Notes under the pieces: generated by a model | Told to the model about the DNA's origin: nothing | The model's input: only the letters and a program-made list of their open reading frames with translations | The model's database searches: none | Position numbers and translations under genes: made by a program | Shown: positions 14,801 to 24,683 of the stretch, piece after piece | Layout: each line of letters starts with the position of its first letter | Position numbering within the stretch: position 1 is the stretch's first letter | Assembly (NCBI GenBank): GCA_001778455.1 | Contig: MFGX01000122.1 | Span: 1 to 24,970 of the forward strand | DNA length: 24,970 nt | Reading direction: 5' to 3' | Origin: Candidatus Fraserbacteria bacterium RBG_16_55_9 | GTDB taxonomy: Bacteria > Bipolaricaulota > Bipolaricaulia > RBG-16-55-9

Positions 14801-16814
14801 CTCTGCCAAAGAATCGAAGTTCATGGAGAAAGTGGTGGGTACCAAGAGCGTCCACGACGTGCGCGACCCGCAGAGTCAGACCGTGATTGTCACGCAGGAC
14901 GAGTTGATCACCGGCCACCTGGCCGAGCGGCTGAAGTCCAGCGGAGTGGAATCGGTGACAGTCCGACCTCGCATCGTCGTGCGTTCGGCTATGACGTGCG
15001 AAACCCGGCGAGGTGTGTGCCAGCAGTGCTATGGCTTGGATCTGAGCAACCATCAGCGGGTGGCGCTGGGTACCGCTGTGGGGGTGATCGCAGCTCAATC
15101 GATCGGCGAGCCGGGAACGCAGCTTACCATGAGAACGTTCCACACCGGCGGTGTCGTAGGAGAGGACATCACTCAAGGCTTGCCGCGTGCGGAGGAACTC
15201 TTCGAGGCGCGCAAATCGATCAAGAGTCAGGAAGCGTCGATCGCCGAGATCAGCGGCGTGGTCACCGCGATCACTTACACCGAAGAAGGGCGTGAGGAAG
15301 TCCATCTGCGAGGGGATGAGAAACGCATCCGGATCCCATCCATCCTGTGCCGGGTGGCCAAAGGGGATAAGGTGGAGGCGGAGTCGATCCTCTCCGCAAA
15401 GAGCCCGGCCAGTGGCATGATCCATGTAATGGAGAGCGATGGGGTACGGACTCTCTACCTCCTCGGTGAGGAAGATCGCGTCTATCTACTGCCTCCGGGA
15501 GTCTTGGCAGAAGTGAAGAACGGAGACTGGGTGGAAGAGGGAACACCTCTGAGTCAATCCTATCAAGAGGAGCCCATCGTGGCCCAGCGCGATGGGGCGG
15601 TGGTGGAGATCGTCGAGGATGGGGAGCGCTATATCTTCATCGAGGACAAAGAAGGCAACCGATTTCAGCACCGCCTGCCCCACGGCGCGCGCAAGAAAGT
15701 GGAAACAGGTGAGAAAGTCACTCGCGGGATGCAACTTTCTACTCGTTCGACGCCGTATGCGATCAAGGCCGAGCGTCCGGGTATGGCTGTGGTCGGCCAG
15801 GAGAAGGTCATCGTGTATACGCCCGACAAACATAATACCTTCTTGCTCACGGAAGACCTTGCGGTGCTAAAGGAAGACGGTACCCACGTTCAAGAAGGCG
15901 AGGAACTCTTCGAGCTCACGCTTCCTCCCCATGGCGTCTGTGCCATTGACAACGTGAAGAACCTCAAGAATGGGCTCGCGGAGGTGAGGCTCCGCTACGA
16001 GATGAAAGTTCTCTTGGTGAACGTGCCCACGGAAGGTCTTCAAGTGGGGGACAAGTTCCAAGAGGGAGACTTGCTCTCGAAAGGTGTCACCTCGCCTCAC
16101 TTGTTGCTAAAGGTGGCGGGTGTGGCCAAAACCCGAAATTATCTGCTGACCGAGATTCACAAGGTCTACAAGAGCCAGGGCGTGGAGATCAACGACAAGC
16201 ACATTGAAATCGTGATCCGCCAGATGCTCAACAATGTGCGCATCACGGACCCGGGCGACTCCCAGTTCTTCCCCAATCAAATGGTGATTCTAGAAGAGTT
16301 CCGTGAGGCGAACCGCCAGCTCACTCAGGAGAACCGAGAGATTCAAAGACAGCGAGAGGCGCTGATTGGCCGTCTCTTGATCAAGGATCTTCAGACAAAG
16401 GATCAGAAGATCGCGCAAAAAGGCGAAGAGGTCACGCACCGTACTTTGCAGCTGGCCCTTGAAGCAGGGATCAAGGAACTTGCGCTCGATCAGGGAGGGA
16501 AGGCGGAAATCGTACGCATCCGGGAGAAGAGACTACCCGTAGGTGAGCGGGTGCTCCTCAGGATCTCGAAAGCGGCGTTGGAGACAAAGTCTTGGCTGTC
16601 GGCGGCCTCCTTCCAACGGACGACCACGGTATTGGGGGAAGCAGCCCTGCGAGGCATGGAAGATCGCCTGGAGGGGCTTAAGCCCAACGTGATCCTGGGC
16701 CGACTCATCCCGGCGGGAACTGGATTTCTCCGCAACGGCAGCGAGAATGGAGCTTCTGCATCTCCCGTAGGGAAGTCAACAGGGGCATCCCAAGAGGCGG
16801 AAAGCAACTCCTAG
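11835..16814 (+). CDS. rpoC: DNA-directed RNA polymerase subunit beta' (1659 aa, with lineage-specific insertions)
   Basis: Zn ribbon CACG...[23 protein letters not shown], catalytic NADFDGD, bridge helix [23 protein letters not shown], trigger loop [16 protein letters not shown] and C-terminal IPAGTG. TTG start with SD GAGGGG. Confidence 0.99.
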   Translation: MIRGDDIARVRLGLASPEEIKSWSQGEVTESETINYRTYKPERGGLYAEEIFGPEKDYECACGKLRGRKYEGLTCDKCNVLVTSRDVRRSNMGHIELASPVVHFWYIKGISSPLSTLLGIKRNTLKKIAYYETEPLNEEVYLVLRSQESEFGVGERIYRSQYEILSRKKKITAEPAYEVLEGTEVRAQAAGQVTFEELKLDNGQILRVIRIGDKDHIVTSQAQLTVKKGSKVEEGELLTASPVGPEELISETQHNLLKTVYPDLQAQRAREVVDSLVFLVTSVKNPSLPFKVGDLLWEPEVRTYEKLHPKQFEAAAGAEGIQGVLGNLDLDTWAEELRAQVENEASLGRKKRLLKRLEVVDQLRKSGNRAQDMVMSIIPVLPPELRPIVQLEGGKFATTDLNDLYRRIINRNNRLKKLQEMGAPEIILRNERRMLQEAADALIHNEKKDSPILGRDNRPLKSLSERIQGKHGRLRRNLLGKRVDYSGRAVIVVNPKLKLHQCGLPKKMALELFKPFILRELSQEDSHHISNYDEVKNKALSGEMPKVWDVLERLIKEHPVLLNRAPTLHRLGIQAFEPVLVDGEAIQIHPFVCPPYNADFDGDQMATHLPLSPKAIQEARERMLSSRNILSPASGVPLTLPTKDFVFAFYYLTLENPEGRGAGKAFASLREAERAREVGVIGTHTPVKVRMDGKLIDTTLGRAQLNQLLPEDLRNYQKAFDAGDIQQTIMECYHRYGNDRTVELLDALKELALSAMTQSGLTISVTDALIPLEKSAVLLEAQQRVERIHQMYDRGLATADDRRQATIKVWMETVDQMEKATMQHLAHYPFNPIYMVVRSRARGSANQVKQLAGMRGPMTDPAGRIIEMPVKSNFREGLSVMEYFISTHGGRKGTADTALKTAESGYLTRRLVDAAEELIIKEEDCGTQAGIEIDPLRYSRDEVMLNVEERIYSRITAEPIRFGGKVLLERGQPIDRHKAEELGQLAMTTSAKESKFMEKVVGTKSVHDVRDPQSQTVIVTQDELITGHLAERLKSSGVESVTVRPRIVVRSAMTCETRRGVCQQCYGLDLSNHQRVALGTAVGVIAAQSIGEPGTQLTMRTFHTGGVVGEDITQGLPRAEELFEARKSIKSQEASIAEISGVVTAITYTEEGREEVHLRGDEKRIRIPSILCRVAKGDKVEAESILSAKSPASGMIHVMESDGVRTLYLLGEEDRVYLLPPGVLAEVKNGDWVEEGTPLSQSYQEEPIVAQRDGAVVEIVEDGERYIFIEDKEGNRFQHRLPHGARKKVETGEKVTRGMQLSTRSTPYAIKAERPGMAVVGQEKVIVYTPDKHNTFLLTEDLAVLKEDGTHVQEGEELFELTLPPHGVCAIDNVKNLKNGLAEVRLRYEMKVLLVNVPTEGLQVGDKFQEGDLLSKGVTSPHLLLKVAGVAKTRNYLLTEIHKVYKSQGVEINDKHIEIVIRQMLNNVRITDPGDSQFFPNQMVILEEFREANRQLTQENREIQRQREALIGRLLIKDLQTKDQKIAQKGEEVTHRTLQLALEAGIKELALDQGGKAEIVRIREKRLPVGERVLLRISKAALETKSWLSAASFQRTTTVLGEAALRGMEDRLEGLKPNVILGRLIPAGTGFLRNGSENGASASPVGKSTGASQEAESNS

Positions 16815-16817
16815 CGC

Positions 16818-16846
16818 TTGACAGGGGGAACTCCATCTCGTATAAT
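16818..16846 (+). promoter_or_regulatory. Consensus sigma70 promoter of the str/S10 cluster
   Basis: Perfect TTGACA (16818-16823), 17 bp, TATAAT (16841-16846), starting 3 nt after the rpoC stop. Confidence 0.9.
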
Positions 16847-16943
16847 ATCCCCAATCAGCGCGAGTGAACCTCGTAAAGCCATTCTTTTCACATCGTGATA
16901 GTTTGGCGCTAAGAGAACGATTTGGATTTGGAAGGAAGACGAG

Positions 16944-17327
16944 ATGCCAACAATCAACCAGCTGGTGCGCAAAGGCCGCAAATCGGTCGCCGGGAAGAGC
17001 AAGGCGCCTTCGCTCGATCGCTGTCCGCAGAAGCGAGGCGTCTGCACTCGGGTATTCACCCGTACGCCGAAGAAGCCCAACTCCGCGCTTAGAAAAGTAG
17101 CGAGAGTGCGCCTAAGCAACGGGAAATACGTTACAGCCTACATCGGCGGAGAGGGACATAACCTGCAGGAGCACTCGATGGTGCTCGTGCGCGGGGGCCG
17201 TGTGCCGGATCTGCCCGGAGTGCGTTATCACACCGTGCGCGGCTCGCTCGACGCCGCAGGGGTTGAGGGTCGGCGCCAAGGACGTTCGAAGTACGGCTCC
17301 AAACGATCTGCGCCCGCCTCCAGCTGA
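16944..17327 (+). CDS. rpsL: 30S ribosomal protein S12
   Basis: [55 protein letters not shown]. Confidence 0.99.
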   Translation: MPTINQLVRKGRKSVAGKSKAPSLDRCPQKRGVCTRVFTRTPKKPNSALRKVARVRLSNGKYVTAYIGGEGHNLQEHSMVLVRGGRVPDLPGVRYHTVRGSLDAAGVEGRRQGRSKYGSKRSAPASS

Positions 17328-17335
17328 TGGGATGA

Positions 17336-17845
17336 ATGAATATGCTCAACAAGACCTTGGAGCGGATGATCCCAGGCCACAGGAGGGGGCGAGATCTGCC
17401 CCCCTTTCTCTACTCGGATCTCCGCTATGAGAGCAAGCTCGTTGAGAAGCTCATCAATTATCTGATGGAAGGCGGCAAGAAGTCCATATCTCGGCGCATT
17501 GTCTATAAGGCCTGTGATCTCCTGGAAGAGCGAAGCGGTCAGCCGGCGCTGGAGGTTTTCTATAAAGCTCTCAGCAACTGCATGCCCAAGCTAGAAACCC
17601 GCTCGCGCCGAGTGGGAGGCGCGGCCTACCAAGTGCCGTATGATGTACCCGAGGATCGACAAAAGACGCTGGCGATGCGCTGGATCGTCCGGGCGGCCCG
17701 CGAACGGGGCGAACGGACGATGGCGGAGTGCTTGGCAGCAGAGTTGATGGATGCTGCCCAGGGCCAAGGGAAGGCTCACGACAAGAAATTGGAAGCCCAC
17801 CGCATGGCAGAAGCCAACCGGCCTTTCGCCCACTATCGCTGGTAA
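17336..17845 (+). CDS. rpsG: 30S ribosomal protein S7 (start uncertain: 17336, 17342 or 17366)
   Basis: GKKSISRRIVY, RSRRVGGAAYQVP, LAMRWIV, HRMAEANRPFAHYRW. Confidence 0.96.
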   Translation: MNMLNKTLERMIPGHRRGRDLPPFLYSDLRYESKLVEKLINYLMEGGKKSISRRIVYKACDLLEERSGQPALEVFYKALSNCMPKLETRSRRVGGAAYQVPYDVPEDRQKTLAMRWIVRAARERGERTMAECLAAELMDAAQGQGKAHDKKLEAHRMAEANRPFAHYRW

Positions 17846-17890
17846 TCATCCGAGAGCGAGCGCGTTGGATTTCCCAAGAGGATTTGAGCT

Positions 17891-19999
17891 ATGGCCGATG
17901 TGACCACAAAGCAGAAGCAGAGCATCGAGAAACTGAGAAATATCGGGATCGTCGCCCACATTGATGCAGGGAAGACGACGACCACCGAACGAATCCTCTT
18001 TTTCACAGGAATGATCCATGAAACCGGCGATGTGGATGAGGGCGACACCCAGATGGACTGGATGCCCCAGGAACGGGAACGTGGCATCACGATCACAGCG
18101 GCCGCAACGCTCTGCCAGTGGCAAGGATACCAGATCAACCTTATTGATACCCCCGGCCACGTGGATTTCACGGCCGAAGTGGAACGATCGCTCCGGGTGC
18201 TCGATGGAGTCGTGACCATCTTCTCTGGAGTGGACATGGTCGAGTCTCAGACAGAAAAAGTATGGCGCCAAGCCGATAAATATAATATCCCCCGCCTGGC
18301 ATTCATCAACAAGATCGACCGCCCCGGAGCACAATACGAGCGCACAATTGAAATGATGGCCGAGCGATTGGGCACTCTTCCCCTGCCCCTTCAGATCCCC
18401 GCTGGCCATGGAGAAGAGCTTAAGGGCATGATCGATCTCTTGCAGATGAAGCTCATCGTATGGGACCAAACCACCAAGGGGATCAAGTACAGCTATGTCG
18501 ATATCCCGAGTGAGTTCGTCGAGTTGGCCGGACGGTATCGCGCGAAATTGCTAGAAACGCTGGCAGAAGTCGATGACTATGTGATGGAAAAGTATTTGAA
18601 CAACGAAGAGATCTCTGAGGCAGAACTGAAGAAGGCTCTCCGGAGGGCTTGCATCGAGAAGAGCTGTGTCCCAGTACTGGGTGGCTCTTCACTCAAGAAC
18701 GTTGGGGTCCAGCCGCTCCTAGATGCTGTCGTCGCGTATCTGCCTTCTCCTTTGGATCGAGGCCAGATCACCGGCATGCCGCTCGATGGGGCTTCTCCAG
18801 AGGGCAATGGCGCACAGATCATTCGCCAACCCACTTCTGAAGAGCCTCTGACCGCTTTGGCCTTCAAAGTCGTGGTCGATGAGTATACGGGCCGACTCGT
18901 CTACGTGCGCCTCTACTCGGGGCGGCTCGAGCAGGGCTCCTATGTGCTCAACTCCTCCAGCGGCAAGAAGGAGCGGGTCTCGCGTATCTTCCACATGCAC
19001 GCCAACAAGCGCCAGGAGGTCGAGGAGCTCACCGCAGGCGAGATTGGGGCCATCGTCGGCCCCAAGGAGCTCTCTACGGGAGATACCTTCTGTGATCCAG
19101 AGTATCCCATATTGCTAGAAAAGATTGAATTCCCCGAGCCCGTCATCTTTGCGGCTGTCGAAGCGAAGTCGGCTGCTGAAGAAGAAAAACTCACTACGAG
19201 CCTTCTCAAACTGGCTCAAGAAGATCCCACCTTCCGCATGAGAACCGATCCAGAGACAAACCAGATGATCATTTCGGGCATGGGAGAACTGCATCTTGAA
19301 ATCATCTTTGATCGATTGCTGCGTGAGTTCAATACCCAAGCCAAGATGGGTCGACCGCAGGTGGCTTACAAAGAGACGATTGCCGAACTCGTCGATGTGG
19401 AAGAGAAATTCGTCAAGCAGACGGGTGGGCGCGGACAGTACGGACACGTGCGCATAAAATTTGAGCCGCTCGCGCGGGGTCAAGGTTTCGAGTTCATCGA
19501 CGACACCAAAGGCGGTGTGATCCCTCGGGAGTATATCCCGGCGGTGGAAGATGGAGTCCTCGAAGCCATGGGCAGCGGTCCCTTGGCCGGTTTCCCCGTT
19601 GTGGATCTTAAGGCAACTCTCTACTATGGGTCGTTCCATGAGGTAGATTCCTCGGAAATCGCCTTCAAGACGGCGGGTGCGCGAGCACTGCGTACGGCCT
19701 TCCACCGCGCTAAAACCGTACTCCTTGAGCCCATCATGGAGGGGGAGATCATCACCCCGACGGAATACATCGGGGAGGTCGTCAGCGATCTCCACACGCG
19801 CCGCGGGGAGATCCGAGCGTTCGATGTCCACGGCAACACTCAGATCATTCGGGTTGTCATTCCTCTTGCAGAGACATTCGGATATGCGACCGTGCTGCGC
19901 TCGCTTAGCCAGGGTCGAGCGACCTATCAGTTTAAGTTCTCTCACTATGACATTGCTCCTGCCCGCATCAAGGAGGCCGTTTTGGAGGGGAAGAAGTAG
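17891..19999 (+). CDS. fusA: Elongation factor G
   Basis: RNIGIVAHIDAGKTTTTERIL, QERERGITI, DTPGHVDF, NKID, GMGELHL, KQTGGRGQYGHV, GSFHEVDSSE. Confidence 0.99.
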   Translation: MADVTTKQKQSIEKLRNIGIVAHIDAGKTTTTERILFFTGMIHETGDVDEGDTQMDWMPQERERGITITAAATLCQWQGYQINLIDTPGHVDFTAEVERSLRVLDGVVTIFSGVDMVESQTEKVWRQADKYNIPRLAFINKIDRPGAQYERTIEMMAERLGTLPLPLQIPAGHGEELKGMIDLLQMKLIVWDQTTKGIKYSYVDIPSEFVELAGRYRAKLLETLAEVDDYVMEKYLNNEEISEAELKKALRRACIEKSCVPVLGGSSLKNVGVQPLLDAVVAYLPSPLDRGQITGMPLDGASPEGNGAQIIRQPTSEEPLTALAFKVVVDEYTGRLVYVRLYSGRLEQGSYVLNSSSGKKERVSRIFHMHANKRQEVEELTAGEIGAIVGPKELSTGDTFCDPEYPILLEKIEFPEPVIFAAVEAKSAAEEEKLTTSLLKLAQEDPTFRMRTDPETNQMIISGMGELHLEIIFDRLLREFNTQAKMGRPQVAYKETIAELVDVEEKFVKQTGGRGQYGHVRIKFEPLARGQGFEFIDDTKGGVIPREYIPAVEDGVLEAMGSGPLAGFPVVDLKATLYYGSFHEVDSSEIAFKTAGARALRTAFHRAKTVLLEPIMEGEIITPTEYIGEVVSDLHTRRGEIRAFDVHGNTQIIRVVIPLAETFGYATVLRSLSQGRATYQFKFSHYDIAPARIKEAVLEGKK

Positions 20000-20308
20000 A
20001 TGGCTCGTGAAAAAATTCGCATTCGCCTGAAGAGCTACGACCATGAGCTGGTCGATGAGGCCATGCGCCGCATCGTCAAGACCGCTCAGGAGACGCGCGC
20101 CAAGATCTCCGGACCCATTCCACTTCCGACAGAGATCAAGCGCTATACGGTCTTGCGTTCGCCTCACGTGTACAAGACATCGATGGAGCACTTCGAGAGA
20201 CGGATCCACAAGAGACTCTTGGATATCCGTGAGCCGACCTCGGAGACGATCAATGCGCTCATGGATATCGAATTGCCCACGGGTATCGATATCGAAGTCA
20301 AGCTATAA
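20000..20308 (+). CDS. rpsJ: 30S ribosomal protein S10
   Basis: [45 protein letters not shown]. The ATG directly abuts the fusA stop. Confidence 0.99.
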   Translation: MAREKIRIRLKSYDHELVDEAMRRIVKTAQETRAKISGPIPLPTEIKRYTVLRSPHVYKTSMEHFERRIHKRLLDIREPTSETINALMDIELPTGIDIEVKL

Positions 20309-20323
20309 ACGAGGAGAGACGAG

Positions 20324-20947
20324 ATGGCATTGGGAATGCTTGGGCGTAAATTGGGCATGATGCAGTGGTTTGACGCTCAGGGAAACGCGCTGGCGGCCAC
20401 GGTGATTGAGGCGGAACCGAACGTGGTTGTTCAGATCAAGACGGAGGAGAGCGATGGCTATCGCGGGCTCCAGATGGGATTTATCCGACTCAAAGAAGCG
20501 CGCGTCAATCGCTCCATCCAAGGGCGCTTTGAGAAGATCAAGGTCGAGCCGAGGCGCCATTTGAGGGAATTTCGCATGGACGATGTTTCCACGTATCAAG
20601 TGGGCCAAGAGATCACCGTGGGGATCTTCCAAGAGGGCGAACGGATCTGCGTGAGCGGGATCTCCAAAGGAAAAGGATTTGCGGGCGTGATGAAACGGCA
20701 TGATTTCCGGGGAGGAGATGCCTCGCACGGTTCGGATTCCCATCGTCGGCCGGGCTCGATCGGCAATATCCGCGCCACCGGTAAAGTCTTTCGGGGCCAC
20801 CCTATGGCCGGACATATGGGGGCCGAGCGCGTCACGGTCAAGGGGCTTATGGTACTCAAAGCCGATCTCGCTCGAAATCTGGTCGTGCTCAAAGGAGCTG
20901 TCCCCGGTCCTCGAGGGTGCCTGGTGGAGTTGAGGAAAGATGCCTAA
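20324..20947 (+). CDS. rplC: 50S ribosomal protein L3
   Basis: LGRKLGMMQ, GISKGKGFAGVMKRH, SHGS..HRRPGSIG, MAGHMG, VLKGAVPG. Confidence 0.98.
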   Translation: MALGMLGRKLGMMQWFDAQGNALAATVIEAEPNVVVQIKTEESDGYRGLQMGFIRLKEARVNRSIQGRFEKIKVEPRRHLREFRMDDVSTYQVGQEITVGIFQEGERICVSGISKGKGFAGVMKRHDFRGGDASHGSDSHRRPGSIGNIRATGKVFRGHPMAGHMGAERVTVKGLMVLKADLARNLVVLKGAVPGPRGCLVELRKDA

Positions 20948-21572
20948 AGTGAAGATGTTTAAGCTCGCCGGCGGCGAGGGCAAAGTGGAGATGGCCGACC
21001 AGCTGACGGAGGGACCGGTCCATCAGGATTTGTTGTTCCGGGCTTCTCAGAGCTACCTGGTCAACCAACGTCAAGGCACGCACGCGACGAAGACGCGCGC
21101 TCAGGTCGTGGGCAGTGGCCGTAAGCCCTGGCCTCAGAAACATACGGGAAATGCCCGCCACGGCTCATTCCAATCCCCCATCTGGGTCGGAGGGGGAATC
21201 ACCTTCGGTCCTCAGCCCAAAGAGTATCGTTATAAACTTCCTCAGAAGATGCGCAAGCAGGCGCTGGCTTCGGCCATTCGCGATCGTTATCAGAGCGATC
21301 GACTGGTCTTGATCGATCGACTGGAATTTGAAAAGCCGAAGACCAAAGAGGCAATTCGTATCCTGGAGCAACTGAGTATTCCGCAAGAAGAGACGCTTCT
21401 GGTCATCGTCTCCAAAGAAGAAAATGACTATCGGGTGCGAAGGTCATTCAGCAATCTACCGGGGGTAACGTGTGCGCCTGCGATAGGGGTGCACGCGTAT
21501 GAGGTGCTCAAGCACCAGCGCTTACTCGTCACTTCGGGGGCGCTTGAGGAACTTACAGTTAGGGTGGATTAA
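20940..21572 (+). CDS. rplD: 50S ribosomal protein L4
   Basis: RQGTHATKTRAQV.GSGRKPW.QK.TG.AR.GS..SPIWVGGG.TFGP.P. Confidence 0.98.
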   Translation: MPKVKMFKLAGGEGKVEMADQLTEGPVHQDLLFRASQSYLVNQRQGTHATKTRAQVVGSGRKPWPQKHTGNARHGSFQSPIWVGGGITFGPQPKEYRYKLPQKMRKQALASAIRDRYQSDRLVLIDRLEFEKPKTKEAIRILEQLSIPQEETLLVIVSKEENDYRVRRSFSNLPGVTCAPAIGVHAYEVLKHQRLLVTSGALEELTVRVD

Positions 21573-21573
21573 G

Positions 21574-21855
21574 ATGCATCTGGAAGATATCATTGTAGAG
21601 CCCATTGTGAGCGAGAAGGGCTGGAAGGGTCAGGACGACCGCAAGTACACGTTCCGGGTCCATCCCTCAGCCAATAAAATCGAGATCTGCCGGGCCATCG
21701 AGCGGATCTTCAAAGTGAAAGTCAACCGGGTCTGGACCATGGGCGTGAGCGGGAAACCTCGTCGCACGCGGTTTTATCAACAGGGTAAACGACCCGACTG
21801 GAAGAAAGCCATTGTGCAATTGGCTCCTGGCCAGCGAATCGAGATCTATCAGTAG
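21574..21855 (+). CDS. rplW: 50S ribosomal protein L23
   Basis: DIIVEPIVSEK, YTFRVHPSANKIEI..AIE.IFKVKV..V, WKKAIVQL. Start corrected from the track's 21499 to ATG 21574. Confidence 0.97.
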   Translation: MHLEDIIVEPIVSEKGWKGQDDRKYTFRVHPSANKIEICRAIERIFKVKVNRVWTMGVSGKPRRTRFYQQGKRPDWKKAIVQLAPGQRIEIYQ

Positions 21856-21874
21856 AATTCGAGGATGAATAACA

Positions 21875-22729
21875 ATGCCCACAAAGAGATTTAAACCGGT
21901 AAATCCGAGCTTGCGGCACGCAGAGTGGCCCGATTTCACCGAGCTAACCCGCGGAAAGAAGCCGGAGAAGAGTTTACTAAAGCCTCTCAAGAGGACCGGC
22001 GGACGAAACAACCAGGGGCGGATCACTTCCCGCAGACGTGGAGGCGGCCACAAACGGTGCTATCGTGTGATCGATTTCGCCCGGGATAAGCAAGGGATAC
22101 CGGCTAAGGTCGTCTCGAAAGAATACGACCCGAACCGCTCGGCATGGATCACGTTGTTGCAGTATTCCGACGGGGAGAAACGCTATATCCTCTCGCCCTT
22201 GGAGTTGGGGATCGGTTCGACGATCACCTCAGGGCAAGAAGGCATCGAAGCCCGACCGGGGAATGCGTTGCCCTTGAAGAAGATTCCGGAAGGCACGCTG
22301 GTGCATTGTGTGGAGTTCGCCCCCGGAGGCAAGGCCAAGCTCGCCCGAGCGGCGGGCACGGCCGTTCAACTAATGAGCTTGGAGGAGGGGAAGGCGCGCT
22401 TGAGGCTTCCTTCCGGAGAAATCCGGATTTTCCATGAGAATTGCATGGCAACGGTAGGGCAGGTGGGCAATGTGGATCACAAGAACGTCGTCCATGGACA
22501 AGCGGGTCGAGTACGCCATCTGGGTCGTAGACCCATCACCCGCGGTGTGGCACGCAACCCCGTGGACCACCCCCATGGTGGGGGCGAGGGCCGACACTAC
22601 GTGGGAGGTCCGCCGCGGACGTTTACCGGCAAGCCGGCCCTGGGCGTGCGCACGCGAAACAAACATAAGCCGAGTTCCAGGCTCATTGTGCTTCACGCTC
22701 GGGATGCTCGAAAGAAGAAGGGACGCTAA
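21875..22729 (+). CDS. rplB: 50S ribosomal protein L2
   Basis: [37 protein letters not shown]. Confidence 0.99.
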   Translation: MPTKRFKPVNPSLRHAEWPDFTELTRGKKPEKSLLKPLKRTGGRNNQGRITSRRRGGGHKRCYRVIDFARDKQGIPAKVVSKEYDPNRSAWITLLQYSDGEKRYILSPLELGIGSTITSGQEGIEARPGNALPLKKIPEGTLVHCVEFAPGGKAKLARAAGTAVQLMSLEEGKARLRLPSGEIRIFHENCMATVGQVGNVDHKNVVHGQAGRVRHLGRRPITRGVARNPVDHPHGGGEGRHYVGGPPRTFTGKPALGVRTRNKHKPSSRLIVLHARDARKKKGR

Positions 22730-22731
22730 CC

Positions 22732-23016
22732 ATGGCGCGTTCAACTCGTAAGGGGCCTTTCGTCCACCCCAAGCTCATCAAGAAAGTTCAGAAGGCGAAG
22801 CGAGGCGATCTCAAGGAAATCATTACGTGGTCGCGCGCCTCGATGATCACGCCGGAGATGGTCGGGTTGACGATCAAGGTCCATAACGGTAAGATGCACA
22901 TACCCGTCCAGATTGTGGAGTCCATGGTGGGTCACAGGTTGGGGGAGTTTTCCCCGACCCGGGTCTTTAAGGCCCACGGTGGGGTCAAGAAGAAGCAGGC
23001 TCCGACACCTAAATAA
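22732..23016 (+). CDS. rpsS: 30S ribosomal protein S19
   Basis: [43 protein letters not shown]. Confidence 0.99.
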   Translation: MARSTRKGPFVHPKLIKKVQKAKRGDLKEIITWSRASMITPEMVGLTIKVHNGKMHIPVQIVESMVGHRLGEFSPTRVFKAHGGVKKKQAPTPK

Positions 23017-23034
23017 CCCGAGAGAGTGATTCGA

Positions 23035-23376
23035 ATGCAGGCCAAGGCCATAGCGAAGTGGGTACGCGTCTCGCCGGAGCGGGCGAGGCTCGTGGCGCGG
23101 GAGATCCAGGGCAAATCCGTCGACGAGGCATTGATGTTGGTGCAATTTGCTAAATCCAAAGGGGCCCGTGCGATCCACAAGGTTCTCGAGTCCGCTGTGG
23201 CGAATGCAGAGCATAACTACGAAATGGATGTGGATCGATTGATCGTTCGTGAGGCTCGCATCGATGGTGGACCGGTCCTCAAGCGCATGAAACCACGTGC
23301 GCGCGGCCGATCGGACGTCATCCAGCGACCGACGAGTCACATCACCGTTGTTGTGGCAGAGAGAGAGGGCAAGTAA
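23035..23376 (+). CDS. rplV: 50S ribosomal protein L22
   Basis: AKAIAKWVRVSPERARLV, LESAVANAEHN, KRMKPRARGR, TSHITVVV. ATG 23035 preferred; GTG 23026 is an alternative start. Confidence 0.97.
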   Translation: MQAKAIAKWVRVSPERARLVAREIQGKSVDEALMLVQFAKSKGARAIHKVLESAVANAEHNYEMDVDRLIVREARIDGGPVLKRMKPRARGRSDVIQRPTSHITVVVAEREGK

Positions 23377-24059
23377 TGGGGCAGAAAACCCATCCCTTAG
23401 GATTCCGGCTTGGGATCACCCGGAAGTGGAAGTCGAATTGGTTCAACGAGCGTAAAGCGGCGGACTATTTGGTGGAAGACCAGAAGATCCGCAAGTTGAT
23501 CAGCCAGCGCTATCACGGAGCAGGCATTGCGGAAGTGAACCTGGAGCGGCCCACAGAGGATCGAGTTTCCATTGTGATTCGCACGGCTCGACCGGGGATC
23601 ATCATCGGGAAGGGTGGCCAGGAGATCGATCAATTTCAAAAGAAGCTGGAAGAGATTCTGCGCCGAACCGTGAAGATCTCCATCAAGGAAGTCGAAGCTC
23701 CAGACCTTGAGGCCATTCTGGTGGGAGAAGAGATTGCGTACCGGGTGGAGAATCGATTTCCCATCCAGCGGGCAATGAAGGAAGTGGCAGGACGGGTGAT
23801 GGAGCACGGAGCCAAAGGGATCAAGATTCGCTGCAGTGGCCGACTGGGTGGAGCAGAGATTGCGCGCTCCATGGAGATCAAGCAGGGCCGGGTGCCGCTA
23901 CAGACGATCCGGGCAGACATTGATTACGGATTCACAGAGGCCTGGACGAAGTACGGCCCCATTGGCATTAAAGTCTGGCTCTTCCGTGGAGAGCACCTGC
24001 CCATGAAGGTGCAGCCCCCAGAGAAGCGAGGTGAGGCGGGTGCCGCTCCTAGCTCCTAA
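23376..24059 (+). CDS. rpsC: 30S ribosomal protein S3
   Basis: MGQKTHPLGFRLGI, ARPGIIIGKGG, SGRLGGAEIAR, GRVPLQTIRADIDYG. Confidence 0.99.
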   Translation: MGQKTHPLGFRLGITRKWKSNWFNERKAADYLVEDQKIRKLISQRYHGAGIAEVNLERPTEDRVSIVIRTARPGIIIGKGGQEIDQFQKKLEEILRRTVKISIKEVEAPDLEAILVGEEIAYRVENRFPIQRAMKEVAGRVMEHGAKGIKIRCSGRLGGAEIARSMEIKQGRVPLQTIRADIDYGFTEAWTKYGPIGIKVWLFRGEHLPMKVQPPEKRGEAGAAPSS

Positions 24060-24471
24060 GCGTACGAAGTTCCGCAAGGCCCATCGTGGGCGGCGCAAGG
24101 GCAAAGCGGTGGCGGGGAATCTCGTGGCCTTCGGTGAGTATGGCATTCAAGCCTTGGAGCCAGCGTGGATCACAGACAAGCAGATTGAGGCCTGCCGGAC
24201 GACTATGGTTCGAGAGCTCGAGCGCAACTCAAAGATTTGGATTCGCATCTTCCCCGATAAACCCGTGACGAGGTTGCCCGCCGAAACCCGTATGGGCAAG
24301 GGCAAAGGCGATGTGGATCATTATGTTGCTGTAGTCAAGTCGGGGCGAATTCTGTTTGAGGTGAGCGGGGTCACGCGAGCTCAGGTGGAGCGCATGCAAC
24401 AGTTGGTCTCTCATAAGCTTCCCATCAAGACGCGCGTGAGGGGGCGCCTGAAGTTGGGAGGCGAGCGATGA
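24040..24471 (+). CDS. rplP: 50S ribosomal protein L16
   Basis: [45 protein letters not shown] 24040 follows SD GAGGTG and overlaps the rpsC end by 20 nt. Confidence 0.97.
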   Translation: MPLLAPKRTKFRKAHRGRRKGKAVAGNLVAFGEYGIQALEPAWITDKQIEACRTTMVRELERNSKIWIRIFPDKPVTRLPAETRMGKGKGDVDHYVAVVKSGRILFEVSGVTRAQVERMQQLVSHKLPIKTRVRGRLKLGGER

Positions 24472-24683
24472 AGGCTCAAGAGTTACGCGATCTGACAGAA
24501 GAAGAGTTGCAACAAAAAGAAGCCGAGCTCAAGCGGAAGCTCTTCACGTTGCGGTTCCAAGTGGCGACAGGTCAACAAGACAACACGGCTGCCCTAAAGG
24601 AAACGAAGCGAGATATCGCGCGCGTGAAGACGGTCCTTAGCGAGCAAGGGAAGAATAAGAGAGCGAAAGCGAGTGAAGGTTGA
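24468..24683 (+). CDS. rpmC: 50S ribosomal protein L29
   Basis: [14 protein letters not shown] ... LFTLRFQ.ATGQ ... [11 protein letters not shown]. Confidence 0.97.
   Translation: MKAQELRDLTEEELQQKEAELKRKLFTLRFQVATGQQDNTAALKETKRDIARVKTVLSEQGKNKRAKASEG

Noticed and set aside
19115-20209. 364-aa antisense ORF over fusA/rpsJ, and similar antisense ORFs over rpoC, thrS and ribosomal-protein genes
   Set aside because: Antisense shadows of highly conserved genes, with no independent motifs or expression signals.
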